63,074 nt of DNA, filler included, from Octopus bimaculoides (GCF_001194135.2; 7 parts of 6 records of this genome joined end to end with filler, not necessarily neighbours in it); one strand, 5' to 3'; positions 25,155 through 39,428 are shown, counted from the whole stretch's first letter. The notes: generated by a model from the sequence alone, not told the origin. Program-made: numbers and translations.

Positions 25155-25743
25155 CATATATTAACACGGTTGCTGAAATTTAGCAATGGTTTCTCCCGTT
25201 ATTTAGATACGCCATTTTCTAGCTTTAATGAAAGTGTCGGCTCGGCAGTTTTGACGATACGAGCATGCTAGTAATTATATAAAACCCAGCTAACGAAATC
25301 TAGCCTCGCCAAGCGCATCATAAATAAAGATAGAGGTGTAAACACATGCTCAGACATGCATATGGAGAGAAGAGAAAGCGCTTAAGCTTATGTTTTCATG
25401 CAGTATTCACTTGCACAATAAGTATATTTCATTGCTGTTTAGCATCATTGCACAATTAAGATCGAAGCTGTCAAAACTATCATACGTAGCATTCGATTAT
25501 ATAGCCATTAATAAATCGCTACAGACTTTTATCTACAACAAAGCGGAGTACGAAATGGTGGCTATTACAACAATCACAGCAGCCATTAAATCTGGCAATC
25601 ATGGGAAGAAATCCATTGATATGTAGTTTATAAATTGGTATTATTGCGCTAAATTATAACTCTGTACATATGTATGTATTTACATGTGCATATTTGCCTC
25701 ACTTAGTGTATGTGTGTATGTGTGTGTATGATGTGTGTCTGCA

Positions 25744-25783
<40 letters not shown>

Positions 25784-26023
25784 GTGGGCTGTGGTTATAC
25801 CGCTATTACTATTGAACGGGATCATATTCATTATCTGCGTGTGTATGTATCCGAGGGTAGGCTGGAGTCCATTTGCGTAGATATACAAAATGTATATGTG
25901 CGTATATATGTATGTAGACTCACACATACACACTCATATCTATGTACATATATACATACGCACACACACACACACACATATATACATATGTACTTATATA
26001 TATATATCTTTCTATGCATGTGC

Positions 26024-26088
<65 letters not shown>

Positions 26089-26415
26089 GATTATGCTATA
26101 CATAGAACTCTCTAAACACACTCACACACATATAAATATTTATTCATATATATACATCTACATTTATATATATGTGATTATATACATATATAAAGTAATA
26201 TAAATAATATATAAATCTATGCATATATCCATACATATATGTACATACCTACATCTGTATGTATACATACAAACATATATGGGTACAGGACATAAAAACA
26301 TGTTAAACACAATGAGAAACGAAAACATAAAAACAAAAACATAGAAAACGAACAATTTTGGAGCTTATAGGCAAGGAAAGATAAAATATTAGGTTTATAT
26401 ACCATAATAGCCTAC

Positions 26416-26632
26416 GGTCATATAGCGTAGTGGATAAGGGCGCGGGTTACCAACCCTCGGATTCTGAGTTCAATCCCAGGCAGGGACATGGGAAGTAATA
26501 TCAAGAGAAAAACATCATCAGTAAAAGATAATACCTTAAGAATGAGAACAGAGTGCCTCACTAGTCAAATAAAGAGCTCAGTTCGAAATCCCTCCAGAAC
26601 ACCTGATGAAGGCTCTCTTCATCTTCCAGCCG
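26416..26632 (+). mobile_element. tRNA-headed SINE-like element (family C) ending in a half HHR core
   Basis: A box TAGCGTAGTGG 26423-26433, B box GTTCAATCC 26468-26476, imperfect cloverleaf (not a functional tRNA). CTGATGA-AGGCT...AGCC-G at 26603-26632. Confidence 0.6.
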
Positions 26633-26927
26633 TTGAAGAGTTTAGTGGAACACATCGAGCTCAGTACTTATTACAAGTCGGGACGCACAGGTACACATCT
26701 ATCTATACTTCAGCCCCGGAAGATCTTCTGTACTGGATACCCCATTTGATCCATCGTCAAACACATTATTTGACTTCATGCCAAATCATAAAAGATTTAA
26801 TACGTTTTGTTTTTTATCAGTTGATTACTGAACTGTTAAAAGATGATTGTACTGATGCCTGCTTAGAGGTAGCGAACATATCACATTAAAGTGTTATAGC
26901 ACCTTAATTTGCGTTTACCTATAGATG

Positions 26928-26964
<37 letters not shown>

Positions 26965-27527
26965 CCATCGCTCTATCTACCTATCTATCTATCTATCTAT
27001 CTATCTAGCTGGGTGTGTATACATACATATACATACATACATACATACATGCAATTATATATATATATANNNNNNNNNNNNNNNNNNNNNNNNNNNNNNN
27101 NNNNNNNNNNNNNNNNNNNNNNNNNNNNNNNNNNNNNNNNNNNNNNNNNNNNNNNNNNNNNNNNNNNNNNNNNNNNNNNNNNNNNNNNNNNNNNNNNNNN
27201 NNNNNNNNNNNNNNNNNNNNNNNNNNNNNNNNNNNNNNNNNNNNNNNNNNNNNNNNNNNNNNNNNNNNNNNNNNNNNNNNNNNNNNNNNNNNNNNNNNNN
27301 NNNNNNNNNNNNNNNNNNNNNNNNNNNNNNNNNNNNNNNNNNNNNNNNNNNNNNNNNNNNNNNNNNNNNNNNNNNNNNNNNNNNNNNNNNNNNNNNNNNN
27401 NNNNNNNNNNNNNNNNNNNNNNNNNNNNNNNNNNNNNNNNNNNNNNNNNNNNNNNNNNNNNNGTGTGTGTGTGTGCGTGTGCGTGTGTGTGCGTGTGTGT
27501 GTGTGTGTGTGAGCACCTCTGTTTGTA

Positions 27528-27558
<31 letters not shown>

Positions 27559-27602
27559 TCGTGTGTATATGTATATGAAGATAAACAGACAGATAGATAG
27601 AT

Positions 27603-27634
<32 letters not shown>

Positions 27635-28075
27635 TGAGAGAGAGAGAGAGAAGGAGAGAAACAAAGTGAGATAGAATGTTTGATAGCGAGATTGTTTATT
27701 TGGCTTTTAGTTACGGTTTAGTGAAGACGTATATAAGAAATAAAAGCAGATGCCATATTGACTGCCATGATAATACATTGCATGCTTTGGTGTATTTATC
27801 TCTGCTCTTAATCATTAACACCTTGGTAATTATTAACTGTTTTATTCTGAAACCAATTCACAGCATCCAGTCCGGGCTGTAATAACCTGATGCTGAAGGA
27901 CCCGTCAAAGATGTCGATTTGCATCAAATATATAATTTCCTGAATGGGTACTCGGAGAATCAGAAATGTTATTTATTCAAATAATGATTTATTTATTCAC
28001 ATATACATACGTATCTATTCTTGCATGTATGTATTTGTGTGTGTATGTGTGTGAGTATTTGTATGTATGTAGATA

Positions 28076-28145
<70 letters not shown>

Positions 28146-28734
28146 ATTTGTGTATATTTTTTATGTTCCATTTGCTGCTGTATAACGTACAAATTGTATT
28201 TAAAGCTTAGAATTTTGTAGGACCTTATAAAAAAGACAAAACACATTTGCTCAGTACAGCCGAGTGGATAACTTCTAAGCAGACGTATCCAATGCAACTG
28301 AGAAGATCGAGATGAAACTCTTCTGTCATTGAACCCATTTATGCCTCTTTTGAAATGGCATGGATTTGTATCAAGACAAATATCATTGTAAAACCGTCAA
28401 GAAGTTGGAGAGGAAATGTAAGAGATTCTTCTCTCCAATAATGTCACAGTGCATCAAGGACAAACGAAATGAGTGCGGTTGCCCTTGCCTAAGTGTCAAA
28501 GGAAATGAATCGATCTCCATGTCAGATCAATATTCAAGTGGATTAATCGATTGGCGTCTTAAGCATGAACCGTTTAGTTGTATTATCCCGATACGTGCCA
28601 CGATGATAACTTGAAGGTTGGGATTTTATCTTCGGGAATATTTTCAGCTATTACCAAAGCTTTTGATATTCTGCAGCTCTAACATTTGTGTTAACATGAT
28701 GGTTTAAAACTTTGGCACAAGACCAGTAATTTCG

Positions 28735-29205
28735 AGAGAAGGGCCTCGTTGACGACATCGACCCAAATGCCTATTTTATCGATCCCGAAAGGATGGAAGG
28801 CAAATTCGGCCTCAGCGGAATTTGAAACCAGAACATAAGGGCGGACCAAAATCCGCTAAGTATTTTGCCTGGCAACGTGAAGTCGAACACGCTACGATGC
28901 ATGTATATTGCTAGTACATTATCGTGAATTGGACTCAGTTCCGTTTTTGATACTCTAGGGGAGACTGTACTGAACCCCAAACGTTTGCCACTGTATCTTT
29001 CCCTAAAGGCGGTTAGCTGGCAGAAACGTTAGCACGCCGGGCGAAATGCTTAGCAGTATTTCGTGCGTCTTCACGATCTGAGTTCAAATTCCACCGAGGC
29101 CGACTTTGCCTTTGATCCTTTCGGCGTCAATAAATTAAGTACCAGTTGCGTACTGGGGTCGATCTAATTGACTGGCCACCTCCCCACAAAATTTCGATCT
29201 TCGTG
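28735..29205. mobile_element. Two divergently oriented SINE family B copies (28735-28870 minus; 29005-29205 plus, near intact)
   Basis: AAAGGCGGTTAGCTGGCAGAAACGTTAGCACGCCGGGCG..TGAGTTCAAATTCC..GACTTTGCCTTT..AAGTACCAG; A/B-box-like head. Confidence 0.85.
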
Positions 29206-29444
29206 CCTTAACAAGTGATTTCTGTGAAACTTCACCAGCAAACAATGAATCATGTATTCGTTCTTAATACCTTCTGTTACATTCGAATGTGAATGTACGA
29301 AACCCTATCGTATTTCGTCACCGGAGAACAAATTCTTTCAGACGTAGCACACTCGATTCATTAGACCAGTATGGTGATCTCGCTCGTTATGGGGCTGTTA
29401 TCTTCCCCTTCAGTGCATAGACTTGCGGTCCCTGCGGCTATAAG

Positions 29445-29487
<43 letters not shown>

Positions 29488-29897
29488 GGATAACCACAGC
29501 GAACCTTTGGTAATACTTGAGTTAGCTGTAAGTTGCTAGACTCAGGTAATTATTCTCACTTAGTAAATACGAGTGTCCTACTCGGGACTGCACAGTTTCC
29601 GTAGAGTAAGTAATAGTATTAATAAGGACCAGGTAGAACGGTCATTTTCCACATCTTTAATTTTATTAAACAGTTATTTACAGCATTCTTTTGTGGACCC
29701 ACGCGCGTTCCGACAGCATCGATTGCGCAGCCGATGCGGTTGCTGATACTTATTAACACACGTATGCTGAGGTACATTAGACGAGTCGCTCGCTCACACA
29801 TAATATATACTTAACGCAGAGACATCTCGATAAACCATGGCGTACGTATATTCCCAAAGCACACATATATATACACATGCAAACTCACAAACACTCA

Positions 29898-29936
<39 letters not shown>

Positions 29937-30447
29937 TGTACAGCGACAGTTACACACACAATCTCACACTTATACATAAGCAAACACACGCGCACTGACA
30001 GTCACAAACTGACATTCTTACACACACACACATACATACACACAAACAAACACGCATATACGCATACACAGACACACAGACACAGACACTGAGAGTTACA
30101 AGAAAGTTGGAGATCGGTATAAAGGAAAAAAAAACCCATATACATATGTACGCATTAGATAAAGAATACACACACAAACATACACACAGACAGACGCGCG
30201 CGCGCACACACGCACACACACACACACACACACTAACACTTACACAATACTTAAAACATGTCACTGGTGCTTCCGAAGATTGGAAAAGGGAAACTAATAA
30301 ACTAATGCGTGTGTGTGTGTGTGTATATATATATAAATATATATATANNNNNNNNNNNNNNNNNNNNNNNNNNNNNNNNNNNNNNNNNNNNTTAATTAAT
30401 TAANNNNNNNNNNNNNNNNNNNNNNNNNNNNNNNNNNNNNNNNNNNN

Positions 30448-30509
<62 letters not shown>

Positions 30510-31154
30510 CTATATATAGATATATGTACATATGTATGTATATACGCATGTATGTATGTATGTATGTATGTATGTATGTATGTATATGCATGTAAGCTGC
30601 ATAATACATCATCTCCAGAAGGCAGCTGGGTAATACATCATTTTTATGAAATCGCCAAAATATAAATAAATAGATTAGTGAAATAGTACGGACTCTCGGG
30701 GCGGTGAATGGATTGGGTGGTGATATAGGTATGGTAGTGGGGATTGTTGAGGCGGTGAGTGGTAGGCGGTGGGCGATGTTTTCATTTTTTAATTTCTTTT
30801 CACTGGCATTTTTCATATCTTTTCTTCCCCTACCAAAATGAAATCTAAATGCAAATGTAACGCCATAACCCACTTATGTAATTTAACACTAAACAATACG
30901 GCCGCCCTTTTTTTACAGCGATTAAATCGGAATTTATAAGAATAGCCTCATATGTTTTACCAAAAGATGGAATAAACTTGTATGCAATGTGTGTGTGTGT
31001 GTGTGTATGTATATATATATATGTGTGTGTGTGTGTATGTGTGTGTGTATGTGTGTGTATATATATATATAGATATATATATATATATATGTATACATAT
31101 ATGTAGGAGAATATACAAATAATACATATATGTATATATACATATATATATATG

Positions 31155-31197
<43 letters not shown>

Positions 31198-32199
31198 NNN
31201 NNNNNNNNNNNNNNNNNNNNNNNNNNNNNNNNNNNNNNNNNNNNNNNNNNNNNNNNNNNNNNNNNNNNNNNNNNNNNNNNNNNNNNNNNNNNNNNNNNNN
31301 NNNNNNNNNNNNNNNNNNNNNATATATATATATATATATATATACATATATACGAGTGAGTAGACAAACGAAAGAAGGGCACTCAACACATTTATTGGGA
31401 GTTACATGTATAGATCAAAACAGTTTGATTCAGACTCCTTGCTACTCTGAGTTTCAAGCGTGTGGCCAATCTTCGGTCATTGGGTTCTGAATGAGAGTTC
31501 AACGGAAGAGTGTCAATGTTTACAACTGGATGCTAACCTGCAATTGGTCCAGAATGGTCACATGGTACAACAGTTTGATGTTGGTATTTCAGTGACAATA
31601 ATTAGTTGGAAAATACCGCATGGTGAACAGGAAACGGACCGCGTGATGAACAGGATATCGACCGCGTGGTAGACAAGAAATCGGTCGTGTGGCTGGCAGT
31701 AAATAAAAAAAGGAGCAGTATATGTACATGTACATGCCCATATAACTGCGTGTATGCGTCCGTATTTATACGAGTGTGTATGTGTGCTTAGATGTAGATT
31801 CACACATCCAGAAGCGCGCACGCGCGCACGCATACACGTACACACACACGAAGGCACAGACGCACACACATACACACGGACACACACGCGTGTACACCTT
31901 TATCTCCATGTACATAAGCACACGAGCACACGCACGCGCGCGCACATACACAAGTGTGCACACGTACATACATGCACACGTACATACATGCACACGCACA
32001 GGTGTATATGTATATGTGTGCGCATGCGCCGCGCACATCCATGCGCATGCATACGGTGAGTAGATGCATATGAGCACTCACGCATATATACTCGTGCAGT
32101 CATGCACAAGGCGTGATATACAAGAGGTGAGAGTATGCAGGTAGGCAGACATAGAGAAGTGTTGGTGATTGGTGATTTAAGGTGTAGTTCATGGGGGTT

Positions 32200-33676
32200 A
32201 ATTAGTGACGGTTATCTTGGTCCAGGTGGTGCTAGGGGTGGCTTGTACTAAGAAAGTACATCCAGGTTGTCGGCAGCCAGTGGCTTGAAATTTACCAGAA
32301 GGGTAAACCTCTGGTGACAGCAATACGATACCTCATATCTTTTGTTGTTCGCAGAAGCACAGCTGGCAATTAGGAGCGCCGGAAGAATGTGGCGGCGCCC
32401 TGTTGATAACAGTCCACTTGATGCTGGGTGTTTCCTCTTGGAGGTCACGATGTCTTCAGAAAAAGCGCGACAGGGAAGTGGAGTTCGCTCTGTCCCTGGA
32501 TCTAAAGGAATGCAAGTGCTGGGAATATCTTCCCTTGAAGTCATTGGCTAACATGCCTGTGTAATGCGTAGTAATGCCATCGGTTGGTATAAGGGTGGCT
32601 TTGTATACTACAGCCGTTGAGAGTCACGATCCTCCTAGATGGCAGGTGGTAGGGTTTCGGCAGTTGCAGGTTGGGGTTGGGGGCTGTGTAAGTGCGTTTT
32701 TACGTCTGTTGATGTTTGCAATGTTAGATGTGATGTTGTCTAAGCAGGAGTAGCTTACCTTGACATTATGGGGGTTGAAGAGTTATGTCCTCTAGGGAAA
32801 TATTTCTTTATTAACGACAGGGTGCCCTTAGTTATGCTGATAGAAATGTCTGGGTTAAATTGGGGTGGGGTTATACCTGATTATTTTCTTTTTCCTAATT
32901 CTCTTGGGATGAGGAGAGGGGGTTTGGGGTTCGTCTACGTACGTGAGCTTCTCAGAAAATCTGCTCGTTGTAGTAGGGAGCCGCCCTATTAAAGATCCCC
33001 CTGCTTGCTGAGAGTTTAGATACCCGTTTGCTAATGCCTGAAACAAGGTTTCTAATTACAGTGGAGGGGTGGCTTGAGCTCTTGTGGATATATACCGTTT
33101 TTTCATTAGGCTTCCTGTAGGGATAATATCTGCCGGTGTTCAGGTGTAAGGTTACTCCAATAAATCGACCTTAATCAGGTTGGTAGTAACTGTTATGGAT
33201 AGTCCGAACTCTTCGAATATTTTTATCAAGTCCTTCCTGAACCTGTCTATGGCGTGGTTATTCATATAGCTTGAGATAGCCAGGCCATCGTCCTATATAG
33301 GGCCGACGTATGTGGATGGGTACATCTCTTGAGGATATCTAAAATGTATAACCCGACGAGGTTGACGATTTCAGCTACGGCAAAGACATCAAACAATGGA
33401 TCGCCTTCTTTCTTCACCCAGAAGGAATCGTTATGGACCAGAATTGACTTTCTGGCATTCATGATGATTCTGATCATGAATCACTAGTGCTGGTAAATTG
33501 TCCAGCAAAAACTAGGGCCTTCATGAAGAGTGGCTTAGATATGGAAGGGTAGAAGTCAACAATGTCGAACTGGGTGCATTTGCAGGCTGATTTATTCCGA
33601 TTCTGCGGACCAGTCTATTACAGCTGCGCTGCAGTTCCATCCAGTCAACCCTGTAGCCCTTCTGATGTCAGATTTT
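32200..33676 (-). pseudogene. Penelope-like element: degenerate RT plus C-terminal GIY-YIG-type endonuclease region
   Basis: QFDIVDFYPSI, IIMNARKSIL..WVKK...FDV, AEIVNLVGLYIL, frameshifted LY.DDGL, RKKKIIRYNP, terminal NKRYE...CH....NFKP; many stops and frameshifts. The FDIVDFYPSI-type motif suggests the Naiad group (inference). Confidence 0.88.
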
Positions 33677-33711
<35 letters not shown>

Positions 33712-34209
33712 TCACGTGCATAGATAGCGAGAGAAATGGAAACGAAACGACAAGGCTGCAAATATATTTTTACAGATTTTCTTTGATGCAAAGGAATATT
33801 AGAAAAGCTTCCAAAGGATTTGATGAAAATAATTTCCTTTCATTTTTCTCTGATATTATTTTTGAATTGTGGAAATCAAAAGGGTTTCGTTTTGCCTTCA
33901 TTTACTGAAAGGGTTTATAAAACAAAAGCAGTACAAAAATGAATGGTAATAGTTAAAGGGATTTATTAAAGAAATTAAGATAATTCTATCCAAAGGAATA
34001 TTTTGTAATTATTGATGTACATATGATTGTGTGTATATCTGCAGCACTTGTTTGTATACGTGTGTGCACGTTAGTGTGAGTACACACATACAAATACACA
34101 CACACACAAACACACACATTATTTATAAATACACTATTGTGTGCGTGTGTGTGTAATAACTAGAAACACATGAACTTCACAAGGTACATATTTATTCGTC
34201 TAATTGAGG

Positions 34210-34242
<33 letters not shown>

Positions 34243-34441
34243 GCAGACACACACACACACACACACACACACACAACAGTACAGAAGAGTTACAAAAATG
34301 TAGCTGAAGTCAAATACAACCAGAAGCTAGACATTTAAGGTGTTCAAACTCATGTGAGCGTCCATTTTTGCAGACATGTGTTGGGTTCTATGTGACTTAA
34401 TGTGAAATCTCATGTACATGGTGGCATGGACAAGACTCTAT

Positions 34442-34541
<100 letters not shown>

Positions 34542-34555
34542 TCGATAGATAGATG

Positions 34556-34622
<67 letters not shown>

Positions 34623-35201
34623 TCGTTCATTCATTCATTGTTTTGTATTTCATAGGTTTTTAAAATAATTTAAACATTATTGACATATTTGTGGTGGAGG
34701 CACTAAATTGTTTGGTGTGACATTATACAAAATGCTTGATAATTTGCTATGTAACAAGTATATGGGAATATGATGGGATTCAGTGGCATGAAGATGTGGA
34801 GTGCTTGATATGGTCCAATCTGATTGAGCTGTTTCAAGAACTGAAAACTTTTCAAATGATGGACGCATTCTTATCAGTATATACTCAGTTAAACACCACG
34901 CAGTAGGTTGTTCTACACCGAGTCATCAACATCTGTTATAATTGATGAAACCAGTTACATTATTGTTCACTGCATTTAACAGAGTTACAGAAGATGTGGC
35001 GTTAAACGTCATGTCGAACCGAGTCTAAAAGTCGAGTTTACAAAAATTTATATATATGAAAATGCCTTACTGTGATTGATTTTGCGTGTATATATGTATG
35101 TGGTTGTTTATTGCATTTCTACCGATAGAAAAAGGAAATATATATATTAATATGCATGGTGGTTGTCTACTCCTTAAACAGAGTTTGACCACCTCCTGCA
35201 C

Positions 35202-35499
35202 CTACACCTTAGCCCTTTCATGGCGTCTGATGTGGCTTTTTAACCCAGACAGTGTTTTGAAAAAACACCCACACAGATTGCACCTCTGATTTGCACTACC
35301 AATACCTGCAAGTAAGTTCTGCTCATTGTGGATCCTAACATGTCTTTTAAGACCCCCATTGGATTTGCAAACCCTCTGGCACACACCACATTCAAACGTG
35401 TGTACAGACATATAATCAGAATAGCTGGGTGAGGTTTGTTTTCCATGGGTTCGCAGGTGAGATTTGAGGCCAGCCAAGGACAGACATGGTCTGTCACAG
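35202..35499 (-). mobile_element. Three C2H2 zinc fingers ending at a stop; probably the C-terminus of an RTE/RTEX-like LINE ORF2
   Basis: CDRPCLSLAGLKSHLRTH, CGVCQRVCKSNGGLKRHVRIH, CNLCGCFFKTLSGLKSHIRRH; non-TGEKP linkers; upstream part lost in a gap. Confidence 0.6.
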
Positions 35500-37194
35500 N
35501 NNNNNNNNNNNNNNNNNNNNNNNNNNNNNNNNNNNNNNNNNNNTTAATTAATTAANNNNNNNNNNNNNNNNNNNNNNNNNNNNNNNNNNNNNNNNNNNNT
35601 ATTAGAAATATAATATTTCTAAATCTCTCAGAGAGATTTAAGCAGTAGTGGAGCGATAAAGTTGTAGTATATTGTCAACTTAATGTGACAATCCCAATAA
35701 GGGAACACACTACTGCCGTTTATATATGTAAAACACTCATACACACACACACATACACACATATACTTATGTGTTATATACTTACATATCAATTCCATTC
35801 AGGTTTTAATCTTGGTGTTTATATTTATAAAGCCCGTCCACCGGTATCGGTTATCAGGTACTATCAGTCAACGAGTATGGATGGCTTTTCTGAAGATAAC
35901 TGCTGCATCGAATTACTAATGACTATAGAGATGACAAAAATGAATACATTTCGTTCTAGGGAGACAAAGGTATGTTATCTTTATGTACTTTATCCGTTCA
36001 TCTTCATTTTTTGTTTGTTTATTTATTTACTTTCCCTGCTTTTTCTCTTCTTCTCTTCCTGATATTTCTCGAGCGTTTATTTTAGACTCCTGGTTTATTG
36101 CACATTTGTTTTTGCTTATTATTTTGTTGTTTTAACTGTTGATATGATAATGAAATAACAAAAAGCTCTTTAACACAGTTATATATATATATATATATAT
36201 ATATATATNNNNNNNNNNNNNNNNNNNNNNNNNNNNNNNNNNNNNNNNNNNNNNNNNNNNNNNNNNNNNNNNNNNNNNNNNNNNNNNNNNNNNNNNNNNN
36301 NNNNNNNNNNNNNNNNNNNNNNNNNNNNNNNNNNNNNNNNNNNNNNNNNNNNNNNNNNNNNNNNNNNNNNNNNNNNNNNNNNNNNNNNNNNNNNNNNNNN
36401 NNNNNNNNNNNNNNNNNNNNNNNNNNNNNNNNNNNNNNNNNNNNNNNNNNNNNNNNNNNNNNNNNNNNNNNNNNNNNNNNNNNNNNNNNNNNNNNNNNNN
36501 NNNNNNNNNNNNNNNNNNNNNNNNNNNNNNNNNNNNNNNNNNNNNNNNNNNNNNNNNNNNNNNNNNNNNNNNNNNNNNNNNNNNNNNNNNNNNNNNNNNN
36601 NNNNNNNNNNNNNNNNNNNNNNNNNNNNNNNNNNNNNNNNNNNNNNNNNNNNNNNNNNNNNNNNNNNNNNNNNNNNNNNNNNNNNNNNNNNNNNNNNNNN
36701 NNNNNNNNNNNNNNNNNNNNNNNNNNNNNNNNNNNNNNNNNNNNNNNNNNNNNNNNNNNNNNNNNNNNNNNNNNNNNNNNNNNNNNNNNNNNNNNNNNNN
36801 NNNNNNNNNNNNNNNNNNNNNNNNNNNNNNNNNNNNNNNNNNNNNNNNNNNNNNNNNNNNNNNNNNNNNNNNNNNNNNNNNNNNNNNNNNNNNNNNNNNN
36901 NNNNNNNNNNNNNNNNNNNNNNNNNNNNNNNNNNNNNNNNNNNNNNNNNNNNNNNNNNNNNNNNNNNNNNNNNNNNNNNNNNNNNNNNNNNNNNNNNNNN
37001 NNNNNNNNNNNNNNNNNNNNNNNNNNNNNNNNNNNNNNNNNNNNNNNNNNNNNNNNNNNNNNNNNNNNNNNNNNNNNNNNNNNNNNNNNNNNNNNNNNNN
37101 NNNNNNNNNNNNNNNNNNNNNNNNNNNNNNNNNNNNNNNNNNNNNNNNNNNNNNNNNNNNNNNNNNNNNNNNNNNNNNNNNNNNNNNNNNNNNN

Positions 37195-37225
<31 letters not shown>

Positions 37226-37274
37226 AACACACACACACACACACATACACACACGCATATGTATATATATATAT

Positions 37275-38090
37275 ATGCAAGTGCAAAGCGGAACTATTCC
37301 AATAAAAGAGGGAAATTCGATCAAATTCCTTGCAAAGCGTTTTGACAATTCGCTCTCAGACAGAAGCAATGTAACTAATACTGAGCAGCAGGCAGAAGAG
37401 TGGCTGAGGAGGACTGAAAGATCAGGGCTTCCGGGAAAATATAGGGTGTGGCTCTACCAACACGGACTGCTTCCAAGCCTCATATGGTTATTGACACTGT
37501 ATGAGAATCCGATGACAAACGCAGAAAGAATGGAAAGGAAGGTAAATAAATACCTCCGAAGGCTTGCACATAAGATCTGGACAGCTACAATGATCCCTGT
37601 CATTCGTAGTTGCGGAATGCAAAGTCGTAAAATGTAATGTTGTAGTGATACAAAAACTCACAAGATGAGCTTGTCAGACATGCAGTTATTACAACAGGGT
37701 GCAGGAGAAAGTGGATTACTGGCATCGCAATCGCACGGACTGAAACCATGCTGGAGCTACGCGACATCATTGAAGTTACATGCAGGGATCGCCAGAGTCT
37801 CGGTTTTAGCATTTTCAATAATGGAAGAAGACACATATCAGGTAGAGGAGGGCTATGATTCAGGTAGATGTGCGGAACCAGGAGGAAGGAAGAAGAAGGT
37901 CAAGAGCTGTGGAGATGGTATCTCAGGTTGCTTGGACTAAATGGGATCTCCCTAAAAGGAAAGTCACATGGACAGACCTGTGGAGACTGGAACCTTTCCC
38001 TTTCTCCTTCCTGCCGTGGGCGATGTATGACACTCCCAACGCCAACAAACCTGCACAGATAGGGTTTGAAAGAAGACTAACTAAATAGAC
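37275..38090 (+). pseudogene. HERO-like (RLE-class) non-LTR retrotransposon fragment, post-RT region
   Basis: IKFLAKRFD.SLSD, SGLPGKYRVWLYQHGLLP, then SQVAWTKWDLPKRKVTWTDLWRLEP..SFL...YDTLPTPTNLHR across frameshifts; internal deletion. Confidence 0.75.
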
Positions 38091-38298
38091 TATTAAGATG
38101 TGACGACCTTTTCTGTTTGGCTGTCACTTTTCAATTTCTTCAAATTTTGCTCAAACTGATTTTACATTTGGCGTATTGGTGTAGTTTTCTACGCTCATCA
38201 TTGACATAAAATCGTTGTCGCCATAAATCAATGAATGAAATGTTAATAATTTTTAAAGTTTCCAAATTTTGGATAATTTTAGCTAATCGAAAGCCACA

Positions 38299-38790
38299 GT
38301 GATATGGTACCGTGGGGACGCAATTGGTAATAGTTGGATAAGTAGGCCGGGTAGGATTATGGAGGGGTGTTACTTGGGTCTTCTTAAGGGTCGCTCCAAT
38401 GTATATCCTACCCGAGAAACTCTGACACGTGGGGCTCGGAACGACTCCACGTGTCTGAGATGTAGAGTAGGGGCAGAGACAATCTCCCATATCAGTGGAG
38501 TCTGTGGTGCTCTTAAAGGACCACGACTCGCCAGGCACAATAAAATATGTAGCTTGGTGGCGAAAGAAGCTGTTGACTACGGTTGGAGAGTCAGTATGGA
38601 GCCTTCTTACATTGTAGGAGGCTCCAGGCTGATTCCCGACTTAGTCTTTAGCCGTCCGGAGAAGGTAGTAGTCATCGATGTGACCGTCCGATTGGAGCAA
38701 GGAGATGCCTTGAGAGAGGCAACTCTTGAGAAAATACACAAGTACCGGCCGCTCATACAAGCTGTTTCCAAGCTGCTTATCGACGCGGTC
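38299..38790 (+). pseudogene. R2/NeSL-like non-LTR element C-terminus: CCHC knuckle plus restriction-like endonuclease
   Basis: CLRCRVGAETISHISGVC, RHNKI, LIPDLV...IDVTV...EKIHKY (PD..D..K) in one open frame. Confidence 0.85.
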
Positions 38791-39428
38791 ATTTTCGCTT
38801 ATCAAATGCTTAAAACACATGCAGTATGATATCTGCTAAAAATAACAGCAAAGTAGGCCTTAAATCACGCACGAATATATTTTTTGGCTTTTCCATAATC
38901 GTATGAATTCCCTTTTGTAAAATACAGATTAGCAGAAATTTTGTNNNNNNNNNNNNNNNNNNNNNNNNNNNNNNNNNNNNNNNNNNNNNNNNNNNNNNNN
39001 NNNNNNNNNNNNNNNNNNNNNNNNNNNNNNNNNNNNNNNNNNNNNNNNNNNNNNNNNNNNNNNNNNNNNNNNNNNNNNNNNNNNNNNNNNNNNNNNNNNN
39101 NNNNNNNNNNNNNNNNNNNNNNNNNNNNNNNNNNNNNNNNNNNNNNNNNNNNNNNNNNNNNNNNNNNNNNNNNNNNNNNNNNNNNNNNNNNNNNNNNNNN
39201 NNNNNNNNNNNNNNNNNNNNNNNNNNNNNNNNNNNNNNNNNNNNNNNNNNNNNNNNNNNNNNNNNNNNNNNNNNNNNNNNNNNNNNNNNNNNNNNNNNNN
39301 NNNNNNNNNNNNNNNNNNNNNNNNNNNNNNNNNNNNNNNNNNNNNNNNNNNNNNNNNNNNNNNNNNNNNNNNNNNNNNTGCTCTTATGTACACTAACATT
39401 GATTTATTTAAAAAAATAGTAATTCAGA

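Noticed and set aside
26416-26487. Functional tRNA-Gly(ACC)
   Set aside because: Acceptor and T stems are mispaired and the sequence continues into a repeat body, so it is treated as a SINE head.
24243-31700. Short protein-like frames at 24243-24360, 25390-25626, 28360-28614, 29670-29770 and 31460-31672 (also 45952-46161, 51476-51720, 52220-52546)
   Set aside because: No recognisable domain, and splice signals are ambiguous or conflicting between strands.
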